A DNA stretch of 64,000 nt from Adineta vaga. Its lineage: Eukaryota; Animalia; Rotifera. Under the pieces are notes generated by a model. That model was not told where the DNA came from, made no database searches, and worked only from the letters and a program-made list of their open reading frames with translations. The stretch is from contig CP075494.1 of assembly GCA_021613535.1 (NCBI GenBank), forward strand, positions 12,214,001 to 12,278,000. Direction: 5' to 3'. Position numbers and translations under genes: made by a program. Of this stretch, positions 27,312 to 39,649 are shown piece after piece; position 1 is the first letter of the stretch, and each line of letters begins with the position of its first letter.

Positions 27312-28476
27312 TTTTCGGCATCTATTTTCTTCTCCTTTATTTTGATACAATTCAAATCAGATATCGTTCAATTCTTTTCACCTTTTTACTAGTTGAATTT
27401 CTTTAACAAATATCAAATTATTATATCTAGAAATAGTGAGACGAAGAATATACTTGAAATACATACTCTTTTGAGTAAATCGATATTGACGATATTCTAT
27501 CTATGTAAGAAAACAAATCAAAAACGATTTATTTTTATTTTATTTCTTTTTCTCGATAAGTTTTTTGTTATCAATTGATTGACATAGACTTTTTCACTCG
27601 TATATATTTAGTAATAAAGAATTCGAACGTTTTCTTAATTCTTCATAATTCTATTCTGATCGATTGAATGACAGTTACATGCGACCTTTCTTGATAAAAT
27701 CATATCGCATTTTAATATCGAATCTTATGGACGATTGATGTTCGATTTTGAAATATCAAAATCGTTGAATAACGGTATACATAGATAGTGTGATCATTTA
27801 TTTTCTATCATATGATTCAATAAAACGATAAGAATCTCGGTATTCAGAAAAGCATATTGGAATATATATAGAAATTTGAACTAACGGTTTGGGAGAAAAA
27901 AAACAATTCATTTGATTTTCAAATGAATGAATGAATAGTAAAACAAAATATAATGTCAATATCACTACTTAATTAAACCATAGAGAAGCCTTTCCTTGAC
28001 ATTGTATAACTACAAGGACAATATTCCTTTTACTTAATTGATTCTATTGAATAAATTAAATATTATACAATACCTGTAAATAACGCAGAAAATTGACGAA
28101 ATCAAAACGATGTCGTCATAACAAGCACACAGAAAAATAAAACATTGTTTCTCGACAAGTAAAACAATCAATGATGAAGCATTGTCCTTCCTTCATTTCA
28201 TTATATTAACAATGTTAGATACTATTGCGGGAAAAAAATGAACGAAATCACCTTTAGTATAATCTAGAATAGTTAAATTTTGTCTATATATGTCTCCTTG
28301 GTTTAAATCTTATGTAAACTTAATTCATTGTTTGTAAACATGTCTTCGTCGGAGAAGATGAAGTGAAGTATATATATAAGATATCGAAGAACATATAAAA
28401 GAATAGATGTTCTATCGAGTGCAAACAAGTATCTAAATACATTCATCTATTTTATTTGTCATCAATATCACAAGCG

Positions 28477-28708
28477 ATGTGTCTTCCAGTGAGCAAACAA
28501 TTTCTTAGATCATCTTTGTATATTTTTATTAAAATTATATTTAGCTCTGTTGTGATTGCGGTCCAGTCGATTGTTGTGTATGTTGTATTCCACTTGATTG
28601 GTGTTGTCCATGTTGTGGCAATGGTGGTGGAAAGTAAGTTAAAACTAAATTTGACATTTTATATATTTTAAAATCATCTTTAGAGTGATTACAACACAAC
28701 CACGTTAG
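28477..28708 (+). CDS. 41-aa cysteine-rich peptide (12 Cys), 3 exons
   Basis: Exons 28477-28488, 28545-28633 and 28684-28708 with 56- and 50-nt GT-AG introns give MCLPLCCDCGPVDCCVCCIPLDWCCPCCGNGGGKVITTQPR*. TATA-like sequence at ~28370-28400 and AATAAA at ~28796. Confidence 0.75.
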
Positions 28709-29000
28709 TTTATTTCTTAATAGTTGAATTATTGTTATAAACACAACGGAAATCATTCTATTAATAATCCTGCTTCTATGTTTTTTTGTGTTAAAAATAA
28801 ATCAAAGAGAGATGTTAAAATAAGTGCAAGTAAAATTCTCAAACCTGATGTTTTGTTGTGATTTATTTATATGATTTCATTCTGAATCATGTAACATTAC
28901 AATAGTATATCAAGGTGAACATGGATTCAAGGCAGTACAAGTAATTTTATTGATGGATAAACTATGTTGAGAAAAAGATCAATGACGTTTTCATTTGTAT

Positions 29001-29732
29001 TTAACCTTGCATCCAAATGAGAACAACAAGTGGAATTGCAAGAGAGACAGCAATAATTATATCAATGGTAGATAGAATCAATTTGATTTTGCTAAATTTT
29101 CTTTCTGCTATATGTAATGATGAAGTTACATCTGTCTTCTTTTCATTTTCTTGTGATTCTTGGGAAATTTTTCGATAACGAAATTCGAATATCTCGAAAA
29201 TAATAACAATAACCACTATCCAAGCAGCCCATAATGATAGAATTGTGATTAAACCATCACGATACTTTGATAAAACAAATAAAATCAGAAAAATTGTATG
29301 AATTGAAACAATAAAAGCTAATAAACCAGTTAAACCATGAATTCAATTGAAAATAAAACGATATTGACCATCTGGTTGACAGCGAAATAATGCCATCCAT
29401 ACTTGAATTTGTGAACAATAAACAATAATACCACCTAATACCGAATGAGCAAACAAACGCCCAGCATTAACATCAACCCATGTACCTTTTGCTTGGACAA
29501 GAACAAGTAAAAATCCAAGTAAAGTTTCTATCGCTGCTATAAGAAGTGCTAATCGATGGACTCGAAACCAAATATATTCACCAAGAATTTTAATACGTGT
29601 TTTAACCATTAATGTACGTCCATAACGTGCAAATAAAATTCCACTTGATGCAAACACCACCCATGTCATCACCATGACAGTGCCATGAGCACGGGATAAT
29701 GTAAAATCCATTTCCATTTCACTACTGGCCAT
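29001..29732 (-). pseudogene. Cytochrome b561 / ferric-chelate reductase (FRRS1-type membrane domain) interrupted by one in-frame TGA at 29343-29345
   Basis: AHGTVMVMTW...ARY, WFRVHR, AHSVLG, FRC.P....RFIFN*IHG. ORFs 29343-29732 and 29001-29216 are in the same frame, which stays open after the TGA. No DOMON or reeler domain upstream. Confidence 0.75.
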
Positions 29733-30431
29733 GGTAGTTGACTTTGCTCTATGGATTCAATTCGTTACAAAAATAGTATTCTCTACACACTTATATACTT
29801 TATTCAAAATGATGATGGTGTCGATACATTTTTTTCTTCGTTCTGATGAAAAATAATAACAATGGAATAAATTTAGATTTTTAAAATTAATCATACATAA
29901 TAATCCTCGAAATCGCATATAGAAAACAATGACAAATTGAAGAATCAAATAGGTGCATGCATTTTTATATAAAATTATTCCAGTTAGAAATTGAATGAAA
30001 AATCAGATCTCTTTCTGATAATAATGTTTACGAAAAAGAATGAAAGGCATGTGTTTATCATACGATAACAATGATAAGAAAATATCAGTTATATCTTTGT
30101 CGTTTAAAATGAAGAAGATTGACCATGTCAATAGACACTACCTTCACATAAGAAATCATGTAAGTACTACGGGGGTTTACTACATGACACGATATTGCGA
30201 ATAAAAGCAACTTATGAGATAGAAAATGAAATTGACAAGTTTAGTTGTTTTTTTTCACTCGCCAAACAATTTATTAGTATATAAACAGTATATACATCAA
30301 AGTACTAGTTTTTCTCTTTAATCATAACTCTCGTTTGTAAAAATCATTTACACCATAAACTATATGTGAGTATTTTCTTCATTTTCTATTTTGTAGAAAA
30401 ACATTCAAATCAAACTGTGACTGAAATCAAA

Positions 30432-31775
30432 ATGATTTCATTTGTATTTTTAATAATGATTCTATCTTCTCGTGTAATCTATGTTCACAATCATAAATTT
30501 ACACCACCAAGTGCGAAAATAATGCAAATTACTGGTGATCCACATCTTGGTTACATTAATATACGTGCTCCTCCCTATAATGCTACAGGTGATGGAGTTA
30601 CAGATGATACAAATGCTATACAACGAGCTTTAAATGATGTCGGAAATATGGGCGGTGGTATTGTATTTGCACCCGAAGGAAATTACTTGATTGCTAGCCA
30701 ATTAATCATTCCCGCTGCTACAGTATTAAAAGGTGTTGCATCACATGTTCAACGGCATTGGGGAAATCCAAGTGCGAAAACGGTATTTGGAACAACATTG
30801 TTAGCTATTGCGGATGCTGGAAATGAAACTGGTTTACCATTTGTTTCTTTAGCAGGTGATAGTAGTGGTATTGAAGGTTTACAAATCTTTTATCCAAATC
30901 AAGTTGCAAGAAATCCACCTATTGCCTATCCATGGACAATTCGATGTGGACAAAAAGGAATGAGTATTGAGAATAATTATGTGAAAAATGTTCTCCTAGT
31001 AAACCCATGGAAAGGTATCGATGCAGCCACATATGAATCACCTCGTCATTGGTTTGAAAATATTTATGGTCAACCATTATCAATTGGTATAGCTGTTGAT
31101 CAATGTTATGATATTGGACGAATAAATCATATTCATTTTTGGCCATTCTGGTCAAGTGATTCAGCATTATGGAATTGGGTCAATAATAATGGTATTACAT
31201 TTCTTTTTCAACGAACAGATTGGGAAATTGTCGAAGATGTTTTCAGTTGGGGTTATCAGACTGGTATGGCGTTTCGTGCAAGTGCATATGGAGCTTGTAA
31301 TGGACAATTTACTGATATTAATTTTGATAATGTTGATGTTGGAATTGATGTTTCATATACGCAGCCATGGGGAATCGTATTTTCAAATTTAAACTTAGCT
31401 AACGCGGGTGGTGGTTCGCATCGAATTGGAATCTTAGGACGTGCACTCAATGGTACGAAACCCACGGATGCTGTTGTTGTGGTACGTGGTGCATCATTTT
31501 GGGGTTTATTTCAACAACATCTAGCTTGGTCACATGCTGGTTTAATATCCATTAGTGATTCATTATTTAGTCAATGGAATAAAACATCACCAGCGATTCA
31601 AATTCAATATGGACGTGCTATGATTAATAATAATTATTTTGGAGATAATATTGGAAATGCTATAACTATTTCACGAGATGCCGATAGAGTTACAGTTACT
31701 AACAATCATTTGAATGGAAATACATTAGATATAGTTGCAAAACCAAGTGTTTTAGTTGCGAATAATTTACCTTGA
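30432..31775 (+). CDS. Secreted right-handed beta-helix (Pectate_lyase_3/GH55/GH28-related) glycan-active protein; horizontal-transfer candidate
   Basis: Signal peptide MISFVFLIMILSS; YNATGDGVTDDTNAIQRAL...GGGIVFAPEGNYLI is the typical N-terminal motif of this fold; Asn/Gly/Ile beta-helix ladder. Intronless 447-codon CDS; probable short 5'UTR intron at 30366-30396. Confidence 0.85.
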   Translation: MISFVFLIMILSSRVIYVHNHKFTPPSAKIMQITGDPHLGYINIRAPPYNATGDGVTDDTNAIQRALNDVGNMGGGIVFAPEGNYLIASQLIIPAATVLKGVASHVQRHWGNPSAKTVFGTTLLAIADAGNETGLPFVSLAGDSSGIEGLQIFYPNQVARNPPIAYPWTIRCGQKGMSIENNYVKNVLLVNPWKGIDAATYESPRHWFENIYGQPLSIGIAVDQCYDIGRINHIHFWPFWSSDSALWNWVNNNGITFLFQRTDWEIVEDVFSWGYQTGMAFRASAYGACNGQFTDINFDNVDVGIDVSYTQPWGIVFSNLNLANAGGGSHRIGILGRALNGTKPTDAVVVVRGASFWGLFQQHLAWSHAGLISISDSLFSQWNKTSPAIQIQYGRAMINNNYFGDNIGNAITISRDADRVTVTNNHLNGNTLDIVAKPSVLVANNLP

Positions 31776-31793
31776 GAATTTCATGAAATAAAC

Positions 31794-32527
31794 AAGTTAT
31801 TGAAACAATGTATTATCTAAACTCATTTGTAAATAAGAAAATCTTAATTTTTCGAACAGTGAGAGATTGGTGAGAGGCTTAGTCTGTATACGATTATCTT
31901 GTTTTCAACGAAACCCACTCACACCCACACCCTCAAGAATATAAAAGCATTTTTTCTAGTTCTTTCGATACCGAATAACTTTATTCAAAATAAAAAACTT
32001 GTTGTTATGTTCGCTATATAGAGATAGAAAGACGTGAGAGAACAGTCCGTTAGAACATAACTGACTGTTATCTTTATTGTACGAAACATATATAACAATC
32101 AACAAGAAAGGAAAGGAAAACACGAAAGACTTTAACTTAGGATAAATAGATGTCCTGGTCGTATTGACCATAACGCTTGTTCTTGTCGATTTTTCAAGTC
32201 TAAAAAAAAAGAATTAATTATCATTCTCATTTGAAAACTCACTTACTAATGCGAGATATTGTATATGCTAACGACCAACTAATGCCAGCAAGAATAACCA
32301 TTTTAATAAAACTTTTCCAATAGTCAGGATCTCCATAAAATTCTTGATAAGCTACTTCATACAAAAGCTGAATATCGACGAAAATCTCTTCACAAAAATC
32401 GCGAAAAGAATCAACGCTTTCACCATAAATATCTCATACAATGGTCTATTTGAACTCTTTCTGAATTTATAAAAAAAGAAAAAGATTTCGTTTCCGACTG
32501 AAATCATGGGTCTCCATAATTACATAC

Positions 32528-32558
<31 letters not shown>

Positions 32559-33234
32559 GAGATACAGCCGTGCATGTATACCTTCATTCTTTATTAATTC
32601 TGAAGTGGCCATATCTTTGAGTCTAAGGGCCCACGGGTCTAAGGTATAAGGGTCTACGAACGTTTTAATTTTAAATATGATTTATGAAGATATATGTAAT
32701 CACTAATCGACTGAGTGATTGGGTCTGTGAGGTTTCTTGTTTGTTGATATGCAAATAAATTGTTATGTTTTCAAACAGACCCTTACATTCTTAGATTCGT
32801 AGGCTTCAAAATTGAATTTAGATGAAAATATCCAATAGAGTATATACATTTTTATCATTAATCATCAATTAAAGTGACTCAATGAATATAGTACTAGAAT
32901 CATGTCTGGTCTGGGTCAAATGAAATTATTTGGATCATGAAAAGTAATTTGAGCAATGGTGAATAGCACCACTTTGGTATATAAGAGGGACTGCCATTTA
33001 CTAAATAAAATCAATTGTTAGCTTTAGACCCGTATACTCAGGGTTCTGTGAAAAAATCATGGTCTCTTGTGATTTTGAATTCAGAAAGAATTCAAAAAGA
33101 CCATTGAGTCGTTTTGATCGACCTGGCAAATAGCTCCTAAGTTGACTATTACAAAGCAATTTTATATTAGAAGAAGACAAATAAGTTATCGAAGCAATTT
33201 ATTATCTATACTCATTTGTAAATAAGAAAATCTT
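31794..33234 (+). repeat. 52-bp direct repeat (31794-31845 and 33183-33234, 4 mismatches) bracketing ~1.34 kb
   Basis: aagttat[t/c]gaa[a/g]caat[g/t]tattatcta[a/t]actcatttgtaaataagaaaatctt occurs twice. Confidence 0.9.
32619..33033. mobile_element. Possible degenerate MITE/foldback remnant with GGGTCT/AGACCC inverted motifs
   Basis: acgggtctaagg (32633-32644) vs ctttagacccgt (33022-33033) is an 11/12 inverted match; nested gggtctgt (~32721) / acagaccc (~32775). No transposase and no clear TSD. Confidence 0.35.
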
Positions 33235-33353
33235 TATTTCTTTTGAACGGATAAACAGAATATTAACTCATATTTTGATCATGCTCAGAAAACTATCGAA
33301 TAAAACAGATTGTTTATTTCTGTTACAATATAAAATCGAAAATATCAGTTCAT

Positions 33354-36300
33354 TTATACAACGGATATCATGGATTCCCAATTTTTTCCACTTTTAACTT
33401 TTACTGGCAACAATAAATGTAAAAAATCATTTTTTTCCATTTCTTGACGAATAATTTTAATGATTTCATTTGTTCGTGAACTTATTTCAATTTCAAAGAT
33501 TAATTCATCATGAATCTGTAAAACTAGATAAACAGGTCGAATTGGAGTAGGACGAGCTAAACATATAAATATATATGAGAACGTAACTATCATTCAAGAA
33601 GAACAAAACTAGATTTTTACTTTTAAAATCAAAAGGAAATATTCGATCCAATGCTTGATTGATATGCTCTAAGGCCACTTTCATTATATCACAAGCAGAT
33701 GCTTGAATAACAAAATTGATTGCTTGTCTTTCCATCTTCGAAACATAAAACAAGTATTAAATCTTAAATTTCGAAACGAACTTTTAATTACTCGAGCTTT
33801 GTTCATTTCATTCGTTGTCATACGAGTTAAATCAAAATGCAATGGACGTCCATAAATACTTTGTACATAACCGGTTTCAATAACTCGTCGTTTAATATCA
33901 TTCAGATACTGAGCCATTATTGGAAATGTTTTGTAGAAATTTTCCATAAAATTTTCTGCTTCATTAAGATTCATCCGTGTTTCACGAGCAAAGGTTTCTT
34001 TTGACATACCATAGAGAATACCATAGCAGACCTGTGTAGAATGTAGCAAAGAAAAAATATTAGATTGATACACAAAATAAATTCATACTTGTTTGTCATT
34101 TTGTCTTTGTTCGTGTGTGATTTCATCTTTTCCTTTTTTTAGAAGATCTGCAGCGAGTGATACAAAAAAGTCAGTGTCATTAGTTAAACGTGTCTGTAGT
34201 TTCTCATCATTACATAGATGAGCAAGAACACGCAATTCTAACTGAGAATAATCAAATGAAACGAGTTGAAAACCTAAAAATAATAGTAAATATAATTTCC
34301 ATCTCATGTGCCTATCTATCAAAAACTCTTCTCCAAATTAGTATCATCGTAAATAAGTAGGATTAGAACGTACCGGTTCGAGCAATAGCCATATGTCTTA
34401 GTCGAACTATTGTTTCCTCCTTTAATGATTTAATAACGAAACTTTTTGGAACATGTTGTAATGGTGGATTCGTAACAATCATCCGACCAGTTGCTGTAAA
34501 AAAATGACAATAAGCATAAGTACGCTCTGCCTGCCATGATGCTTCCCGTCGTAGACGTTGTAATGATTGTGGTTTCGTTGGATGATTGATATACTGTTCA
34601 AAATGATCAATACATCGATCAAGTGCACTTTGAACTTGTCGATATTCCGTAATCAATTTGGGTAAAGGATGTTTATCAGCTAGCACATTTAAATATGATT
34701 TTTTCAAACATACACGACCATGCGGTGTACGTTGTATCGGTAGATGAAGTTCACCATAAAGAATCTAACAATATATATATATATATATAGTAGTCAAAGT
34801 TAAAAAAATATAGAATCAAAGTAGTTTTTGTATACTTTAATAAGATCTTTTTGACGATTGAGTTTAAAACGACGTTTAACTAAACGATATGCTTGTAATT
34901 CAAGTTGGCTCATGATTGTCTAAAACAAGATAAAACGATTAACTCGTTGAGTATGCAAAGAAAAAACAACAATATACAAGCAGATCTTCTCGAGTATCAA
35001 CTAATTGATCATGATTGATTAATATTCCATTCAATAACATTTGAAGAATAATATTCAAAGCTGGCATTTCTATTGTGATATAATAATTCCATAAACCAGT
35101 CTTATTCATTTGCTGTTCCATCGATGGAACAATCGATGCATAGAGTAAAACTTCACCGGCTATTTTTAAACATGCCATTTGACGGTCAGTATCAGTTTTA
35201 TATGCGTTAAGGCTTGCTATTACGAAAAAAATAAGTAAAAAAATTCCATATCTCTTGATTTTCGATGCTTACCATCAAATTGTAGTACACAATGATGTGT
35301 TTCGATCCAAGTCGAAATGCGTTCTGAATCAATTGGATTTTGTTTAAGCCATGCACAAATTTGTAAATCAATAATTCGGGCTAAATAAATTTTCTTTCTC
35401 AACTTGTTTTCTTTGCAAAAAAAAGAAACGTTTACCATATATCCTTGGAATTGATAAATAGGATGAAAGAGTAAATAATGTATGTAATGCGTTAAAGACG
35501 ATTACATTATGTTTTCGATTTAGTAACTTTTCTCGGACATGAATAAGAGCTGACATACGATGTTGTTGAAAGTCTAAAAAGAAAATAATTGTTTTTCTTT
35601 CGCTCTGATAGTGGAAATGAGATAATTCTTTAAACTTATTATTTTTGATTTGCTACGATTAGAATGAATTTGATCTTGCATAAAAATACATCAAAAGAAA
35701 AGAAATATAAGATCTGTATCATCTCTTTTGTATCTTATGTGAAATACTTTTATTAGAATTCATTTAAAACGAAATCATTACGTCAAAGATTATCGATAAC
35801 TACTCAATTCATTTGTACGACAAAAAGTTTATACCTATTGTTTTAGGTTTCAAACTGAATGAAATAATTCATTTTTTATATAATTCATATCTTACATTGT
35901 TCATCTTCTGTAATATCGATGATGTACACTTTATGCATACTAAATGCACAAGCTATGTATTGTAAATATAATTCTTGTTGATTGTTTATATGGAATATAC
36001 TAGGATCTATGAGAAAGAAAAAGAATACAATGGATAGAAAAATAGTTTTGATATCTTTACCAGCAATTGTTTTCGTTATCTTTTTGGTGAAACAACTAAT
36101 AGCAAAGGTTTCTTTATGTTCAATCATCAAAATAAATTCTGAACAGATATGTTTTCCATCGACATAAGCATTACGTACAATTATATTTTTATCATCGAGT
36201 AGAGATGGAAATTGAATAGTGGAAGATAATAATGAAGACGGAATATCGTTGTCATTCTCATCTTCATCATCATCAGAATCTGTCTCCGAATTTGAAGCAT

Positions 36301-39300
36301 GTTCGTCTAAAATGAAATATTCAAAATAAGTATAATTGCCAGATACAGAATATCTACTTTTATTATCAATTGATGTCTTTTGCATAACAATTCCAAATCC
36401 CATAGCTTGTAAATCTTGTTGAAGTAACAATTTAGCTTCTTCAATAATCTCTTGAGCTGCTTCTGTATTTGTTAATGGCGGTCGTCCCAATACGAAAATG
36501 CAATATTGATCACGTCGTCTTTGACCTAATCGTTCATCAGCTAATTGTTGTGCTGATCTACATAAATACATATAATGTCAATCAGAAAGAAAACGAATCA
36601 ATCCATTTCATTACGTTTGAAATGGTACTGCTTTTTGAATACTTCGTTTAATTTCATGAACATCGCCATTTGCTAATGAAGCAATAGTAGTAAAACCATC
36701 TGAATAAAGTTGTCGTGCGCGACAAGCGTTCAAAATGGAGATTCTGACAAGTTCACATAATTCCTAAAAATTCAAAGCTTCCTCGTAATTTCCTTTTTTT
36801 ATTGTAACAATAAGTCTCATACATGTTTTATACCAAAATTTAATCGTGATTGAAAACCATTTAATAATTGTCTTAAATTATTCCATGCAAGACGTTCAGC
36901 AAATATTTGTACAATACAAGTAAATGTTGCTGTTGTTGATTGTAATTGTTGAACAAAACTTTTTGTACATTCATACTTTCGTATAACATCACACATACTT
37001 TTCTCATTTAATAAATCATTGAGAATAAGTGAAATAAAAAATCGTACATAACGTGAACCATCAAGTTTTTCTTCAAATTCACGTTTTTCTATTCGTAACG
37101 ATGCTGCTTTCTTGTAAACCACCATACCATTAACACCAACTAAATGTGCGACATGTTGTTCAACAGCACCAGTTGGCCAAATAGTATGGAATACATTCCA
37201 ATCGAGTGTTGTTAACATTGAATTAATCAAATGTTGAGGAATGATCTGAATTTTATTTTGCAGGATGAAAACAAATATTTTTTTAAATGAAAATAACTTA
37301 CGAGATAGACGAGATGCAGATCACTTTCAACGCATAAATTTCGTTGAGCTTTATTCAATTCGACAACAAGTTTAAGACCATCATCTGGATTTATTGATGA
37401 ACTTATAATTGCTAAAGCAAGTTGTGTTGGTTCATAACGTAAATTATTTTCATCAGCAATATTTTCCTTATCGATAAAACGAATAAGTTCATTATGGCAC
37501 AACCAACTAAGACATTTATCTATCGTGGATTGGTCATCGATGGTTGATTTATCAGAATTTCCACAAATATAAAAAAATGTTGATTTAATATAGCAAATTA
37601 TTTCTTCTTTGGTATTTGCTTTTCCACTAGCAATAATTTCGAGTAAAGCCCGTTTCAGACTTGTATGTGTTTCTGTTTCGAAAAAGCAACTATTAACGGG
37701 TTTTGTCTTTTCTTGTTCAAACATTTTTTGTACAAGATCAACTTCTTTCTTTGAACAAATTAAAATACTTTCAGCTAAAAAAATGATCAATTATAGTTTA
37801 ATCGAAACTAGAGTATCTTTCTTACCATAATCATCATAACCTTTTCGACCAGCTCGACCAACCTGGAAAAAAAGAAAAAGATCAATTATACTCATTGAAA
37901 TACATGACTGTTCTTGAATACCATTTGCAGATAAGTACTTAAATCGATACATCGACCATTTTGAAGTGGACTTCGAATAATGACTAGACGAGCTGGAAGA
38001 TTAACCTAATGTAAGGAAAATATAATGACATATTCTACGAATTCAAAACGAAAATCAAGAAATTTCTCATCAATATCGGTTGTGAACACGTTCATCTGAT
38101 AATTACCCCGCTAGATAATGTACTTGTACAAACGATGACACGAACAGTATTTGCTCTGTAAGCATTTTCAACGATTTCTCTTTCATCAATTGTCAAACCT
38201 ATAGCAATAACAATCATCTAATAGATATAAAAATAAATTTCTCTTTCCAACCTGCATGATGAAATGCAACACCCATCGGTATTGAACAAGCCAGATCGAT
38301 ATCAAGACCAGCCGGCTATAAAGAAAAAACATGACATGTAAACCATTTGAAAATCTTTTCTTCGCTTTAATTTACAGTTCGACGTAATTGTTCTAGAACA
38401 TCTTCAAGTTTTGTTGAATCAAATGGATTTATTTGTCTACGATCAATAATATAACGAAAATTTTTCGCTAATAATTTCGCTAAAACTTCACACCAATGTT
38501 TCGTAGAACAGAAAACTAAGACACTTCGACAATTATGTTCAATAACATTCCAAATAATTTCTGTTACACCTTCACTATCACCTTGATTCCATTGTTCAGA
38601 AAAATGAAGCTGACGAATAGGTATAAATTGTTTATTATATAAAACCGAATCAACTTTAATATATTCTTCTAATGGAATTGGACGAAACATTGTTTCATAG
38701 GTTTCAGCATGTAACCATTGTGCTAATTGATTTAGATTCGGTATTGTTGCACTCATACCAATGATTTGAACTGGATTACTTGTAGTTTGCATTTGATTAT
38801 AATATATTATTTTACTTAATAATAATTCAAGTAGATAACCACGATTTGATTCACCTATCCAATGTAATTCATCAACAATTAAAATACCAATTTCATTCAA
38901 ATCATCACGATTGGACAATAAACGATTAATTATACTATTGGCTTTCTCAATGGTACATATGATTATGTGACTACTAGAAAATGAATGATGAGAATCACTT
39001 GTGCCAGCATATGATGCAATACGTAAATGAAGTGATGAAAAGAGTTTCTAAACATTTTTCAACATAGAGTTGATATCAATATGAAAAAAAAGGAAATTTA
39101 CTCGAAAATAATTTGCTTTTTCTTGAACAATACTAACATATGGTTCGATAAATAAAGCTTTACGTTTAGTTTCCAGAACGGATTTAATAAGTAACAATTC
39201 GGATACAATTGTTTTTCCTGCCGAAGCTAAGAGAACAAATAAAATATTCTGAAAAAAGTTTAAGATATTCATACGAAACAAACCTGGAGCAGAAAAGATA

Positions 39301-39649
39301 AAATTTCGTTTTCCTATGCGTAAATAATAAATTAATGGAATGAAATTATTAGGAATGAAAATATTTACCACTTGTACTAGCTTTTTCAATACATTCAGCT
39401 TGCCAAGCAAAAAGATGTGAAATACCAACACGTTGATAACAAGAAATCACTGCTGGTGGTAAACTGAGTTCGGTAAGAGGTTTTACAGGTTTTTCTACAT
39501 GATGTAAGTATATGAAATGTACTTTTTTCTTAGATATAAACTTTACCAGCAACGGGTGGATGACTAGGTCCACTAAAAGATGTGTCTGTAACTGCTGCAA
39601 TTAAGGAATCACTGAGTGAATCCATCAAAAAGGAATTTGATGTGGCCAT
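33354..39649 (-). CDS. POLQ: DNA polymerase theta (helicase plus family A polymerase), multi-exon
   Basis: Helicase: LFAWQAEC, APASAGKT, IVDELH, IGMSAT, FHHAG, QMVGRAGR. Polymerase: TATGRM, DYSQLELRVLAH, KQVCYGILYGM, ERQAINFVIQASACD, LQIHDEL. Confidence 0.95.

Noticed and set aside
29343-29345. Alternative genetic code (TGA=Trp) for the window
   Set aside because: Other genes use TGG for Trp and TGA as a stop (e.g. 31773-31775), so this TGA is local.
30366-30431. ORF-track start of the 469-aa ORF
   Set aside because: The GTG is a splice donor (gtgagt) with an acceptor at 30396. The signal peptide begins at ATG 30432.
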